NCBI GenBank assembly: GCA_039028615.1
Contig: JBCCHT010000008.1
Location: 1 to 64,000, forward strand
Length of the DNA: 64,000 bases
Origin: Myxococcota bacterium
GTDB taxonomy: Bacteria > Myxococcota_A > Polyangia > Nannocystales > Nannocystaceae
Direction of reading: 5' to 3'
In this document: piece by piece, positions 27,881-38,326 of the stretch
Numbering within the stretch: position 1 is the stretch's first letter
How the letters are laid out: every line of letters starts with the position of its first letter
Notes under the pieces: generated by a model
Told to the model about the DNA's origin: nothing
Seen by the model: the letters and a program-made list of their open reading frames with translations, nothing else
Databases searched by the model: none
Position numbers and translations under genes: made by a program

Positions 27881-28606
27881 ATGGCGATCGAGATCGGCCG
27901 AGTCGAAGCCCTGTTCCGTTACCCCATCAAGTCGATGGCGGGTGAGTCGCTCGAGGCCGCGGCACTGGGCTGGCACGGGGTCGAGGGCGACCGGCGACTG
28001 GCGTTTCGTCGGCTCGACGGGCGGGGCGGCTTTCCGTGGCTGACCGGGGGGAGGCTGCCCGAGCTGACGTCGTTCACCCCCGTGCGCAAGGGGCATGTCG
28101 ATCGGCCGTTGCCGAGCCACGTGCGGACCCCAGAAGGCGAGGAGATGCCCCTATACAGCGAGGAGCTGGCGGCCGACGTCAGCCGTCGTCACGGGCACCC
28201 GGTACGGATGATGAACCTCAAGCACGGCATCTTCGACGAGGGAACCGTCTCGGTGATCGCCGCCTCCACCATCGCCGAGCTGGCGCGGCTGACCGAGACC
28301 GAGACCGACGTCCGGCGCTTTCGACCGAACATCCTCGTGCAGACCACCGACGATCGGCCATTCGAAGAAGACGAGTGGGTCGGCGGGACGCTGCGCTTCG
28401 GCGTGGGAGACGACGCGGCCACCGTGGCGGTCACGATGCGAGACCTTCGCTGCTCGATGATCAACATCGACCCCGAGGGCGGGCCCTCCAACCCCGCGCT
28501 GATGAAGGCCTGCGTCCGCGTCAACGACAACCACGCCGGGGTCTACGCCACGGTGACGCGAGCGGGCCGCCTGGCGGTGGGGCAGACGATCACGCTGCAC
28601 CGCTAG
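27881..28606 (+). CDS. MOSC domain protein
   Basis: LFRYPIKSMAGE, GDRR, RRFRPNILV, RCSMINIDP. Confidence 0.9.
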   Translation: MAIEIGRVEALFRYPIKSMAGESLEAAALGWHGVEGDRRLAFRRLDGRGGFPWLTGGRLPELTSFTPVRKGHVDRPLPSHVRTPEGEEMPLYSEELAADVSRRHGHPVRMMNLKHGIFDEGTVSVIAASTIAELARLTETETDVRRFRPNILVQTTDDRPFEEDEWVGGTLRFGVGDDAATVAVTMRDLRCSMINIDPEGGPSNPALMKACVRVNDNHAGVYATVTRAGRLAVGQTITLHR

Positions 28607-28616
28607 ACCCTGCAGC

Positions 28617-30014
28617 TCAGCTCGAGCCGTGGCGTTCCTGCCGGTACCGCGAGCGCACGCGCTTGGTCTCGGCCCCGTCGACGTCCAGGGGCTCCAAGTG
28701 CGCCCCCAGCACGACGAAGGTCCCGCGCTCGGGATGCCGCAGGCCGAGCACGAGGTTCTTGCCGCCATCGATGAGGAAGGGCGGATCACGAGGGCGTCGC
28801 TCGTCTTCGATGATCATCCCCGAGGGCAGTCGGAGCCCGTAGGTCACGGCGGTGACTTCGTCGCGATGCATGGTCGGCTGCTCGAACACCACCTCGAGCA
28901 GGATCTCCTCGCCGCCATCCACGACGACCCGCCGCTTCTCGTCGAGCTCCCCGAGCGTTTTAAGGCACTGCCCCACGCCGCTGAACCCCACGATGCTCAG
29001 CAGGGTGATCCAGGTCAGCATCCACGCCAAGCGGCCCCAGACGTCGTCGACCTCTTCGGAGAACACGACCCGGGTGGGGTCTTCCGGGTCGTAGCGCAGG
29101 CCGAGTTCCACGATCCGCGACTTGCCGAACCCGAGCGCGAAGTAGCTCGTGTCGACCTGTCGCGTCTGGCCCTCGGCGTCGACGAACTCGGCAGCGAGAT
29201 CGGTGGTGATGAAGACGAAGTCCTCGCTCTCCCGCTCGGCGGAGAACTTCACTTCGACGGGCTCGGCGCCCTCGTTCCATACCTCGAGCCGCTCGACCAC
29301 GCCGATGCTGAAGCCGATGATCCACACGACGGCCGCGAGCAGGGCCGCGCCGCCGAGCGCCCCGAGCGTCATCCTCTGCCCCCGTTGTTTGCGAAACCAA
29401 GTCTCGTCGGGTCGCAGCGGTCGGGTCAGCAGCCGCTCGCCGGGCACGACGGGAAACGAGAGGTTCCCGTCGACCCGGGGCAGACCGGTGGGCATGGGCG
29501 ACGCGCCACCGCGCTTCGCTCGACGACCGGAGACGATGCCGTAGGCCCCGATCCCGAGCAGCGCGAGCGCGAGCATGAGCGCCCACGCCACCGAGCTTTG
29601 GGCGCGCAGGATCGCAGCGCGATCGTCCGGGCCCATCTCGAGTCGCTTCCTGACCTTGGGCCACAGCGGATGCAGCGTACCGACGCCGTCTTCGGCGAGC
29701 GCCTCGCACGACGGCCCCGAATGGTGCGAGACCAGGATTCGCTCGGTGGACGGCCCGTCACCCGCGTCGAATCCCTCGGAGTAGGCATCTTTGGCCCCGG
29801 CCACCGACCGCCCGCAAGACACCCTCATGTCGACGATGCGTACGTGCTCGAGGGTGCCGTGCTTCGCGACATGGTCGACCGCCTCGTTGACGGTCATCGA
29901 GGGCGGCTCCGATGCGCGCTCGATCAGCGTCGCGGCCGACCACGAACCCAGGCCGAGCGCCGCCGCGACCAGAATGCCGCCCCACCAAACACCTGCGCCT
30001 CGGAATCCAGACAT
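28617..30014 (-). CDS. Hypothetical multi-pass membrane protein
   Basis: 465-aa ORF with about four TM segments and LRYDPEDP motif. Confidence 0.65.
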   Translation of the reverse strand: MSGFRGAGVWWGGILVAAALGLGSWSAATLIERASEPPSMTVNEAVDHVAKHGTLEHVRIVDMRVSCGRSVAGAKDAYSEGFDAGDGPSTERILVSHHSGPSCEALAEDGVGTLHPLWPKVRKRLEMGPDDRAAILRAQSSVAWALMLALALLGIGAYGIVSGRRAKRGGASPMPTGLPRVDGNLSFPVVPGERLLTRPLRPDETWFRKQRGQRMTLGALGGAALLAAVVWIIGFSIGVVERLEVWNEGAEPVEVKFSAERESEDFVFITTDLAAEFVDAEGQTRQVDTSYFALGFGKSRIVELGLRYDPEDPTRVVFSEEVDDVWGRLAWMLTWITLLSIVGFSGVGQCLKTLGELDEKRRVVVDGGEEILLEVVFEQPTMHRDEVTAVTYGLRLPSGMIIEDERRPRDPPFLIDGGKNLVLGLRHPERGTFVVLGAHLEPLDVDGAETKRVRSRYRQERHGSS

Positions 30015-30068
30015 CGAGCGCCCGACGATACCGCGGAGTCCTCGGCCCGTTTGGACCGTAGTGCCGGC

Positions 30069-30875
30069 TCACTGGCCCTTCGACGGCGGGGCGGCGGGCA
30101 GACGAGCGTCCTTCGCCGCGCGCGGGGCCTTGCGAAGCCGCTTGCCGCCGCTGGGGGCCTTGTCGTTGCCGTAGCGCGGCGGCATGGCCTTGCGCGCTCG
30201 ACAGGCCCGATCGGCGGGGGCACACGCGAACCGGACGTGCATGTGATTGCGGTGCCGCGGGAAGTGACGCACCAGGCCCCGCTTCGCCCAGCGCCCGTGC
30301 GGGTACTGGAACAGGGCATCGAGCTCGGCTTTGTCGATGCCCTCGGCCACGCCCACCGCGTGCAGTCGCTTCTGCAGCGCGTAGTCCATGAGGATCCACT
30401 GCACGCCCCCGGGTTGGTCGGCGGTCTCGGCCAGCCATCGCAGCAGCTGCAAGGTGACGTGCTCGTCCATCAGCCCGATGCGCTCGGCCGGGACCCGTTC
30501 GAAGCGACCACGGAGACGACGAGTGCCCTCGGGGGGTACGAGGCCGAGGTCGACGTCGCGACCGGACTGGTGAGACTGGTGCAGTCGCAGCGGACCCCCG
30601 GCGCGTCGGGAGATGTCGCCCACCCGCAGCTCGACGTCGGGTCGCTCGCCATGCACGCGAGCGAGCACCGTCCGCAGGTGCTCGATGGTCGTCGGCGTGC
30701 CCCAGGCCGTGACTCCGCTGGCCACGTAGTACCCGGGCGCCGAGGTGAGCCGAACGCCGCGCACCAGTTCGCCGTCTCGAGGGCTGCCCACGCTGTGCCG
30801 CACCACGCGGCGTGACCTGGTTTCGCCCGCGGCCTGCCCGAACACGAGCAAGCCCACCACGAACGCCGACAGCAT
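30069..30875 (-). CDS. Penicillin-insensitive murein endopeptidase (MepA-like)
   Basis: SVGSPRDGELVRG, AWGT, VGDISRRAGG..HQSHQSGRDVD, HRNHMHVRF; start ATG 30875 with signal peptide. Confidence 0.85.
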   Translation of the reverse strand: MLSAFVVGLLVFGQAAGETRSRRVVRHSVGSPRDGELVRGVRLTSAPGYYVASGVTAWGTPTTIEHLRTVLARVHGERPDVELRVGDISRRAGGPLRLHQSHQSGRDVDLGLVPPEGTRRLRGRFERVPAERIGLMDEHVTLQLLRWLAETADQPGGVQWILMDYALQKRLHAVGVAEGIDKAELDALFQYPHGRWAKRGLVRHFPRHRNHMHVRFACAPADRACRARKAMPPRYGNDKAPSGGKRLRKAPRAAKDARLPAAPPSKGQ

Positions 30876-30919
30876 GCTCGGGACTCCCACGAGCCGACAG
30901 TGTACGCGGAAGTTGCCCG

Positions 30920-31564
30920 TCAGTCGCCGATGACTTCGTCCAGGGGGCGAAGCGCCAGATAGCGATCGCGCGCATCCTGATCGGCGGCGTCCTTGGGCAG
31001 CAGCGCGGGTACGACCGCCGGATCGAGATCGTAGGTCAAAGTGATCGAACAATCGTTGACCAGCGCCCAGGCATGCACGGCCCGCTGGACCAGCTCGCGC
31101 TCGGGGAAGTCGGTCTCGCGGTCGTCTTGGATGGCTGCGGCGGCGCGAATCAGACGGGCTTCGTCGGAGTCCCGCCCCACGAGCTCGACGAGATGATCTT
31201 CGAGAGCATCGAAGTCCATCGTCTTCCACTCCGGCACCTTGCGCTCGTCGATCGCGTAGGGCTCACCGGTCCGAGCGAAGCGCAGCAGGTTGGCCGCTCG
31301 GATGTGACCGACGCTGCACCACGAGCACCCGTTCCACAGGCCGAGAATCCCGAGCAACAAGTTGGCCGGCTCCGTACCGAAGGCTTTGTCGAGGTCGTTG
31401 ACCACCTTGGTGATGGCGCGGCCGATGCCGAACATGCCACCCATGCCGTGGGTTCGAACGAGCTCGGCGACGAACGGAGTCTGGTAGCCGTAGGTCCGAC
31501 GCTCGAACGAGCCCATCATGCGAAGGGCCATGCGCTGGAACCAGGACAAGTCCTGTACGTTCAT
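30920..31564 (-). CDS. AhpD/carboxymuconolactone decarboxylase-like protein
   Basis: NGCSWCSVGH CxxC..H motif; ATG 31564 overlaps upstream stop (ATGA). Confidence 0.55.
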   Translation of the reverse strand: MNVQDLSWFQRMALRMMGSFERRTYGYQTPFVAELVRTHGMGGMFGIGRAITKVVNDLDKAFGTEPANLLLGILGLWNGCSWCSVGHIRAANLLRFARTGEPYAIDERKVPEWKTMDFDALEDHLVELVGRDSDEARLIRAAAAIQDDRETDFPERELVQRAVHAWALVNDCSITLTYDLDPAVVPALLPKDAADQDARDRYLALRPLDEVIGD

Positions 31565-31959
31565 CCCTTGATCCCCGCGAGTTCGAGTTCGTAGCGATCC
31601 CGGCTGGCCTCCAACCAGCCGAGCGCCTGTGCCTCGGTTTGGCAAGCTTTGGCCGTCTCGTGCCCGTGAATGGCCATGAGTACGGCACCGCGAATTTGCG
31701 GAGAACGGGTGATGTAGGCCGTGCGGTGGCCTTGGGCGTTCATCCAGTTCTGGAGATCGCGAAGCCCGGCTCGACCGAGCACCGTCATCTCCTTGACGAG
31801 ACGAATGTCGACGATGACCCCGAGATTGTTCTCGGCCGCTTTGTTCGCCGCGGCGCGCAACGACGATGCAGCATTCTCGTCGAAGACACCACTGGCTCGC
31901 ACGATGGGCGGGCTCACTATGGATCGATGATACCAGTCTGCTCGGTCACGAGGCGGCAT
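31561..31959 (-). CDS. Small STAS/SpoIIAA-like protein
   Basis: alpha/beta pattern IIVDIR...RTAYIT...EAQALGWL typical of myxobacterial STAS-like proteins. Confidence 0.55.
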   Translation of the reverse strand: MPPRDRADWYHRSIVSPPIVRASGVFDENAASSLRAAANKAAENNLGVIVDIRLVKEMTVLGRAGLRDLQNWMNAQGHRTAYITRSPQIRGAVLMAIHGHETAKACQTEAQALGWLEASRDRYELELAGIKG

Positions 31960-32036
31960 TCGGCATCGGAGTCGGTGTCCCTTATGAGACCCATTGCTCC
32001 TTTCGATCCCAGTTCATGACCGATGTTTCGTCGCGT

Positions 32037-34199
32037 TCACGAACCGGCCCGATGGACTATTTTCCACGCGCGGTGGATGGGAGGTTCACGTCGAAAGTCG
32101 ACCGGCAGCGTGGCGCGAGTGAGGTCTTCGACGTCCCATCGTTGCGACACTTCTGCTGCCAATTGGAAGCGACGTGCATTCGTGGAAAAGATCAACTCGC
32201 CGCCCGGTGCCACCTTGTTCATCACTCCTTCGATCAATGTCGGGTGATCCCTGATGACATCAAAGCGATCGTCCATCGCCTTGGAGGTGGACGTCGTCGG
32301 TGGATCGAGAAAGACCAAGTCGTACTGCTGGCGATCGTTTCGTAGCCAACGCTCGACATCGGCCTTCACCAACCGATGGGTGCCCCCGACTTCGATCCCG
32401 TTGAGCTCGAGGTTGGCCTTGGCCCAGTCGAGATAGGTGTTGCTGAGATCGACGGTGGTGGTGGTCGCTGCCCCGCCCACCGCGGCATACACCGTCGCAC
32501 TGCCCGTGTAGGCAAACAGGTTCAAGAAGCGCTTGCCCGCGGCCTTGGACTCGATGAGCGCACGCGTGACCCGATGATCGAGGAACAGCCCGGTGTCGAG
32601 GTAATCGTGCAGGTTGACCCAAAACCGGTGGCCGCCCTCGGTCACGGCGAAGCGATGCCCGGTCGCGGCCAAGGGTCGGTACTGCGTTCGCCCCCGCCGA
32701 CGGCGGCGGCGCTTGAGCACCACCGACCCGGGGTCGATGCCCAGCACCTCGGGCAAGGTGGCGATGACCAGGTCGACCCGTCGAGCGGCGACTTCGGGAT
32801 CGACCCGCTCGGGCGCCTCGAACTCCTGCACGTGCAGCCACTTCTCGTAGCGATCGATGGCCACGTTGAACTCGGGGACATCCGAGTCGTAGAGCCGATA
32901 GCAGCCGATGTCCTCGCGATTCGCCCAGCGCTTGCGCTGCTTGAGGTTCTTGCGCAGCCGGTTGACGAAGGGCGCCGCCTCGGCGCGATCGGACTCGGAA
33001 GTGCGCGGCGGCGGAGCGTCGTCGGAGGTGGGCGTGGGCAGAGCGTAGCGCAGCGCGGTGCAGCGCAGCGGCCCGTTGTGCACGGCCATGGTGGCCTCGG
33101 GCACCTGCCCCACCGCGTGGCGCAGCGCGTCGTCGGACGTGAGCACCACGCTGCGCCAGCCGGGGAAGCACCGCAACAGGGTTCGCCCCAAGCGACCGTA
33201 GAGCCCGCGCATGTCCGCCTTGTCGCCCAGCCGCTCGCCATAGGGAGGGTTGAGAGCGAGCAGTCCGTATTGCGGAGCCATGCCCGGGGACCATCGGCGA
33301 AGCGATCGCACCTCGAACTCGACCCGCGACGCTGCGTCGGCGCGCTGGGCATTGGCCTGGGCGTGCGCCACCACTTCGGCGTCGCCGTCGTAGCCGTGAA
33401 TGGAGGCGTTGGCCGCCGCTCGCCCCTTCTCGGCGCGCTCGTCGGCCTCGGCCTTCAGTTCGCGCCAGGCCTCGGTATCGTGGCCGAGCCAGCGCTCGAA
33501 GCCCCAGCTCGCGCGCAGGCAGCCGGGCGCGACGTCCTCGGCCATCCATGCCGCCTCGATCGCCAGCGTGCCCGCGCCCGCCATCGGGTCGACGAAGGTC
33601 GCCCCTTCGGCCGCCATCGTCGGCCACTCCACCCAGCGCAGCAGGGCCGCGGCCAGGTTCTCTTTGAGCGGGGCCACGCCGCGCTCGGTTCGGTAGCCGC
33701 GACGATGCAGGCTGTCGCCGCTCAGATCGATCGCGATGCTACAGCCCGAGCCGCGCGCGAACGCATTGATGCGTAGATCGGGGCCCCGCACCTGCACCGA
33801 GGGTCGACGCCCCGTGCGATCGCGAAAGCGGTCGACCACCGCGTCCTTGACCCGCTGCATGCCGAAGCGCGAGTGCGAGATCTTGGCCCGCACGCCCACG
33901 AAGTCGACGGCCAGCGTGCCCTCGGCCGACAGGTGGTCCTCCCACGGCAGCTCGCGCACGCCCTGGTAGAGCGCGTCGGGATCGGGGGCGGAGATGTCGG
34001 CCACGTGCAGCAACACCCGATTGGCGATGCGCGACCACAGACAGATCCGATAGCCGAACGACAGCGGCCCTCGCACTCGGCATCCGCCGGGCTCCGTCCG
34101 CACGACCCGAGCACCCAGCTCCCGCAGCTCGTCGGCGAGCAGCTCGGTGAGGCCCCGCGGGGCGGTGACGAAGAACGAGTAGGTCGACACGTCGGGCAA
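32037..34199 (-). CDS. rlmKL: Bifunctional 23S rRNA methyltransferase RlmKL
   Basis: THUMP region, SLHRRGYR, APLKENLAA, NPPYGERL, YRLYD, DYLDTGLFLDHR, FLNLFAYTG, LDPPT; 720 aa. Confidence 0.93.
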   Translation of the reverse strand: MPDVSTYSFFVTAPRGLTELLADELRELGARVVRTEPGGCRVRGPLSFGYRICLWSRIANRVLLHVADISAPDPDALYQGVRELPWEDHLSAEGTLAVDFVGVRAKISHSRFGMQRVKDAVVDRFRDRTGRRPSVQVRGPDLRINAFARGSGCSIAIDLSGDSLHRRGYRTERGVAPLKENLAAALLRWVEWPTMAAEGATFVDPMAGAGTLAIEAAWMAEDVAPGCLRASWGFERWLGHDTEAWRELKAEADERAEKGRAAANASIHGYDGDAEVVAHAQANAQRADAASRVEFEVRSLRRWSPGMAPQYGLLALNPPYGERLGDKADMRGLYGRLGRTLLRCFPGWRSVVLTSDDALRHAVGQVPEATMAVHNGPLRCTALRYALPTPTSDDAPPPRTSESDRAEAAPFVNRLRKNLKQRKRWANREDIGCYRLYDSDVPEFNVAIDRYEKWLHVQEFEAPERVDPEVAARRVDLVIATLPEVLGIDPGSVVLKRRRRRRGRTQYRPLAATGHRFAVTEGGHRFWVNLHDYLDTGLFLDHRVTRALIESKAAGKRFLNLFAYTGSATVYAAVGGAATTTTVDLSNTYLDWAKANLELNGIEVGGTHRLVKADVERWLRNDRQQYDLVFLDPPTTSTSKAMDDRFDVIRDHPTLIEGVMNKVAPGGELIFSTNARRFQLAAEVSQRWDVEDLTRATLPVDFRREPPIHRAWKIVHRAGS

Positions 34200-34250
34200 C
34201 CATGGACCATTGCCGGCCCATACGCGAGTGGCCCCGCTGTCGCCCCCCGG

Positions 34251-35051
34251 CTAGCGCAGCGCTTGCTGGAGCGCAGGGCGCAGGCGAGGCCCGCTGGCGC
34301 ACACGCTGGGCCCGCGCAGGGTCCAGGGCTCGCCGTGCATCGTCTCGACCTCGCCGCCCGCCTCGCGCACCAGCACGACGCCCGCGCCCCAATCCCAGGG
34401 CTGCAGGCAGTACTCCCAGAACCCGTCGACGCGACCCGAAGCCACGTAGGCCAGGTCGAGCGCGGCGCTGCCGACCCGTCGCACGCCGCGAACCTGCCGC
34501 ACCACGCGACCGAACTCCTCCACGTTGCCGCCGCGAGGGCGGTCGTAGCCGAAGCCAGTGGCGAGCAGACTGTGCGACAGCTGCTCGGTGTCGGTGACTT
34601 GCAAGCGGCGGTCTTCGTGGTTCGGCCGACGCAGCCACGCGCCGTGGCCCCGACGCGCGAAGAAGGTCTCCTCGCGCACGGGGTCGTGCACCACGCCCAC
34701 CAGGCCCGTCTCGCCGTCGAATAGACCGATCGACACGCTGAAGTGGGGAAAGCGATGGGCGAAGTTGGTGGTGCCGTCGAGCGGATCGACGTACCAGCAC
34801 GGACCGTCGGCGCGGGTGACCTCGCCCGATTCCTCCGCCACGATGCCGTCACCGGGCACCGCCTGCTTCAGGCGCTCGAGCACCACCGCCTCGGCGGCGC
34901 GATCGGCCGGCGTCACCAGATCGGCCTGCGACGACTTGGTCTCGATCTCCAGGTGCCCCTCGAAGAACTCCAGCAGCCGCCGCCCCGCCGCCTGGGCGGT
35001 GTCGATGGCCAGGTCCAGGCGCGCTTGCTGTTCAGCGTCGCTCAGGCTCAT
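34251..35051 (-). CDS. Inositol monophosphatase family (SuhB-like)
   Basis: DLVT.AD, AEES, WYVDPLDGTTNF, RRVGSAALDL, QPWD; ATG 35051 overlaps SDR stop. Confidence 0.92.
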   Translation of the reverse strand: MSLSDAEQQARLDLAIDTAQAAGRRLLEFFEGHLEIETKSSQADLVTPADRAAEAVVLERLKQAVPGDGIVAEESGEVTRADGPCWYVDPLDGTTNFAHRFPHFSVSIGLFDGETGLVGVVHDPVREETFFARRGHGAWLRRPNHEDRRLQVTDTEQLSHSLLATGFGYDRPRGGNVEEFGRVVRQVRGVRRVGSAALDLAYVASGRVDGFWEYCLQPWDWGAGVVLVREAGGEVETMHGEPWTLRGPSVCASGPRLRPALQQALR

Positions 35052-35890
35052 GAGCGATCCGCCCCGATGACTCGACCCAACGCCAGCTTGGCCGTGCGCC
35101 GATACAGCCGCGACGAGATCTTGCGCAGCAGCACCGCCGGATAGGCCGACCCCAGCGTGGTCGCGACCGGGGCTCCGCTGCGCACCGCCTTGAGGATGTC
35201 CTTGGCCACCCGCTCGGGCGGGATGCCGCGCTTTTCGTAGAAGTCGATGAGCTTGCTCCGACGCTCGCCCACCGCCCCCTCGAGCCGCCCGGAGCGAATG
35301 ATGTCGGTGGAGATCACCCCGGGGCAGATCGCGGTCACCTTGATCCCGTGCGGCGCCAGCTCGGCCCCCAACGCCTCGGAGACGCCCACCACCGCAAACT
35401 TGCTCGCACAATAGGGCGCCATCGAAGGCAGGCCGATCAGCCCCGCCATGGAGGCGGTATTGACGATGTGGGCCTTGCCGCCCTGATCGATGAGCCGCGG
35501 CACGAACACGTGAATGCCGTGCACGACCCCCCACAGGTTTACGTCGAGCACCCACCGCCAGTCGTCGAGGCTCGTCTCGTGCACCAGGGCGCTGTGCCCC
35601 ACCCCCGCGTTGTTGACCAACACGTCGACCCGGTGGTGGCGTCGGTAGATATCCTCCGCCAACGCCTCCATCGCCTCGGGGTCGCGTACGTCGACGACGT
35701 GGGCATGGGCCTCGGACCCGAGCCGCCGAATCTCGGCCCCGACCTCCTCGACCCGGCCGCGGTGGATGTCGACCAGGTGCAGACGAGCACCGTGCTTGGC
35801 AAAGGCAGCCGCGGTGGCCCGACCGATGCCCGAGCCCGCCCCGGTGATGACGACGATGCGATCCTTGAACCGCTTGAAGATGCTGAGCAT
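35048..35890 (-). CDS. Short-chain dehydrogenase/reductase
   Basis: TGAGSGIG, NNAG, NTAS, YCASK. Confidence 0.95.
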   Translation of the reverse strand: MLSIFKRFKDRIVVITGAGSGIGRATAAAFAKHGARLHLVDIHRGRVEEVGAEIRRLGSEAHAHVVDVRDPEAMEALAEDIYRRHHRVDVLVNNAGVGHSALVHETSLDDWRWVLDVNLWGVVHGIHVFVPRLIDQGGKAHIVNTASMAGLIGLPSMAPYCASKFAVVGVSEALGAELAPHGIKVTAICPGVISTDIIRSGRLEGAVGERRSKLIDFYEKRGIPPERVAKDILKAVRSGAPVATTLGSAYPAVLLRKISSRLYRRTAKLALGRVIGADRS

Positions 35891-35976
35891 GAGGTGACGG
35901 GCAGGCTAGCAGGGTGCGCGCGTCGCCGAGTAAGCGAGCGACTTCGTTGACCTTTAGTGTACTTTCGATCGTAGCC

Positions 35977-36264
35977 ATGCCGACCTTGGAAGCACGCATC
36001 GCCACCCTCGAGCGCCAGAACCGAGCCCTTCGGGCGTCCTTCATCGTCAGCGCGATCGCCTTGGTCACCTGCGGCGGGATCGTGTCGAACTACGAGCGGG
36101 TCAACACGAACTCGCTGGTGATCCAGGACGCGAACGAGCAGGCCAAGATCACCTTGTCGTCCAACGGCAACATCACGTTCCACGGCAAGACTCGTGCGGT
36201 GCTCAATGCCAAGGTGCTGAGCGAGCTGCTGGCCAAGGACGAGCCGCCCCCGGCCCCGAAGTGA
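35977..36264 (+). CDS. Small hypothetical membrane-anchored protein
   Basis: MPTLEARIATLERQN coiled segment, one hydrophobic helix, beta-rich tail. Confidence 0.65.
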   Translation: MPTLEARIATLERQNRALRASFIVSAIALVTCGGIVSNYERVNTNSLVIQDANEQAKITLSSNGNITFHGKTRAVLNAKVLSELLAKDEPPPAPK

Positions 36265-36415
36265 GGGGGCAACCGGCCGAGCTCGAGGAGAGCGCTTTGG
36301 TGTAGGCGATTCCCTGTTTCGACCCGATCGAGACGAAATCGCGAACGGAGTGCCCTCGCCCGATCACTACACGCGGTTGCCCGAGCGTCGACCGCCGACG
36401 CGGGGCCCCAATCCC

Positions 36416-38323
36416 ATGTCCTGCCGCTCCTTCGCTCCTTCCTCCCCTTTCGCCTCCCGCTCCCGACTGACGCTGGCCGCCTGCGCCCTCGCCACGCTGA
36501 CGCTGGCCTGCGGAGACGACTCCTCGAACCCCGCCGACACCGACGCCGCCGCCACCATGGGCGGGCCGGACACCGACGGCAACGAGTCCGCGGACGAGAC
36601 GGCGGGAGCGGCCGGCCCGCTGCAGATCGGCGTCACCAACGTCGTGTCCACGCGCTTCGAGGACTGCATCGAGCCGATCGTCGGGCCCGAGCAAGGCCCC
36701 CTCGCCGACGATGGCCCGCAGTTCCTCGACGCTGGCGGCACGCCGGGCCTGCCTCCCGACTGGACCCCGGGCGAGACCTGCACGCTGGTCGGGGGCGGGC
36801 TCGAGTGCGACTCGGGCATCACGGTGATGGAGTACTCGGGGCCGAGCCAGTTCGTGCTGATCACCTTCGCCGCCTCGGACGCTGCGGTGCTCTTCTCCAT
36901 CTCGGGCACCCCCAACGGGGTACGCCCGATCGATGACGGCGGCCGCGTCGCGCTGGTGGGATCGATCCAGAATGGCTCGACGATTCGCGCCGACCCGCTG
37001 CGTGGGACGATTTCCGACCTTCGCATCACCCCCATTACCGCCACCAACTTCACGCCGCCGACCAACTCACGGGTCCTCTTCGACATCCCGGAGGCCCCCT
37101 CCCTCGGCGGCGACATTCGGGCCGGCGGTCTGTCCTACCTGGCCTCGATCACCCTGCCGACCGATGGCGACTACGCGTTCGGCACCATGTGCTTCGACCA
37201 GGTGGAGACGGGCGAGAGCGGCTGCGAGGACCTGCCCTCGTGTCGATGGTTCTACGACGGCGAGCAGTTCCAGTCCGGCGGCTACGAGTGGGATTCTTCG
37301 GTCGACCCCTTCGAGGAGAACTTCCCGGAGCTCGAGGAGATCCAGCGCAGCACGGGCGTCAACACGCGGCAGGCGGGCGAGTACTACGTCGGGTGTGATG
37401 CCCCCGCGCGAGTCTTCGTGCGCAACTACGACGACGCGCTCGTGCGCTCCTGCAACTTCGTGACCTGGTACTTCGACCTGGCGCAGGGCGAAGTCCCGGT
37501 GTCGGACCTGACCGTCGACGCGCTGACTCCGGTGGTGAACGACGAGGAGCTGAGCGTGGAGGCGGGGGCTCGCCTGACCCAGGACAACGTCTCGCGGGTC
37601 ACGCTGCTGCTCGATCGCAGCTTCAGCATCACCGCCGCGGAGGCGACCGAGTCGGTGGTGGGCGCGGCCTCCTCGTTCGTGGATTCGATGCCCGCGGGGA
37701 CGATCTATCAGCTCGCCGAGTTCGCGAGCGAGGCCGAGGTCCCGCTCGATCTCATGCAGATCCCCAGCCGCGACGTCGCCGAGGTCCAGGCCAACCTCAC
37801 CCAGTACGCACCATGGCCCGTGTCCAACTCGGAGGGCTTCACCAAGCTCTTCGATGCGATCGGCAACACCCCCGTCGAAGGGTTTCGCCGCTGGCGGAAC
37901 AACCTCACTCCCGTGGAGTACGACCGCATGCCACGGACGATCGTGGTGTTCACCGACGGTGACGACACCGCGAGCACGCTGTTCACCGACAACGCGGGCG
38001 TCCCCGATGCCTCCGTGGTCACGGGGCAGCTCGACGTCTGCCTCACCGACCTGGCCGCGATCGGCCTCGGCGACGAGATCCAGCAGTCCACCCTCGAGTC
38101 GCTGGCGGGCGACCAGGTGTTCCTCGCCCCCGCCAACGGCGACCTCGAGGGGGCGTTCCAGGACGTGGCCGCCCGCCTGACCACCCGCTACCGCTTCAAG
38201 ATGCTCACCCCCGAGTACGTGGACATCGAGGGCTCGACCGCGCTGTCGGCCAGCTACGAGGGCGAGCAGGCGACCGGGTTGTTCACGGCCCCCGAGGGCA
38301 ATTGCACGGAGTTCGAGGGCTGA
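36416..38323 (+). CDS. VWA-domain lipoprotein
   Basis: LTLAC lipobox; MIDAS elements LLLDRSFS, TKLFDAI, VVFTDG. Confidence 0.8.
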   Translation: MSCRSFAPSSPFASRSRLTLAACALATLTLACGDDSSNPADTDAAATMGGPDTDGNESADETAGAAGPLQIGVTNVVSTRFEDCIEPIVGPEQGPLADDGPQFLDAGGTPGLPPDWTPGETCTLVGGGLECDSGITVMEYSGPSQFVLITFAASDAAVLFSISGTPNGVRPIDDGGRVALVGSIQNGSTIRADPLRGTISDLRITPITATNFTPPTNSRVLFDIPEAPSLGGDIRAGGLSYLASITLPTDGDYAFGTMCFDQVETGESGCEDLPSCRWFYDGEQFQSGGYEWDSSVDPFEENFPELEEIQRSTGVNTRQAGEYYVGCDAPARVFVRNYDDALVRSCNFVTWYFDLAQGEVPVSDLTVDALTPVVNDEELSVEAGARLTQDNVSRVTLLLDRSFSITAAEATESVVGAASSFVDSMPAGTIYQLAEFASEAEVPLDLMQIPSRDVAEVQANLTQYAPWPVSNSEGFTKLFDAIGNTPVEGFRRWRNNLTPVEYDRMPRTIVVFTDGDDTASTLFTDNAGVPDASVVTGQLDVCLTDLAAIGLGDEIQQSTLESLAGDQVFLAPANGDLEGAFQDVAARLTTRYRFKMLTPEYVDIEGSTALSASYEGEQATGLFTAPEGNCTEFEG

Positions 38324-38326
38324 GGG

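Noticed and set aside
34251..36068. 605-aa ORF suggesting an N-terminally extended inositol monophosphatase
   Set aside because: The upstream part overlaps the SDR in another frame; the plausible start is ATG 35051, coupled to the SDR stop
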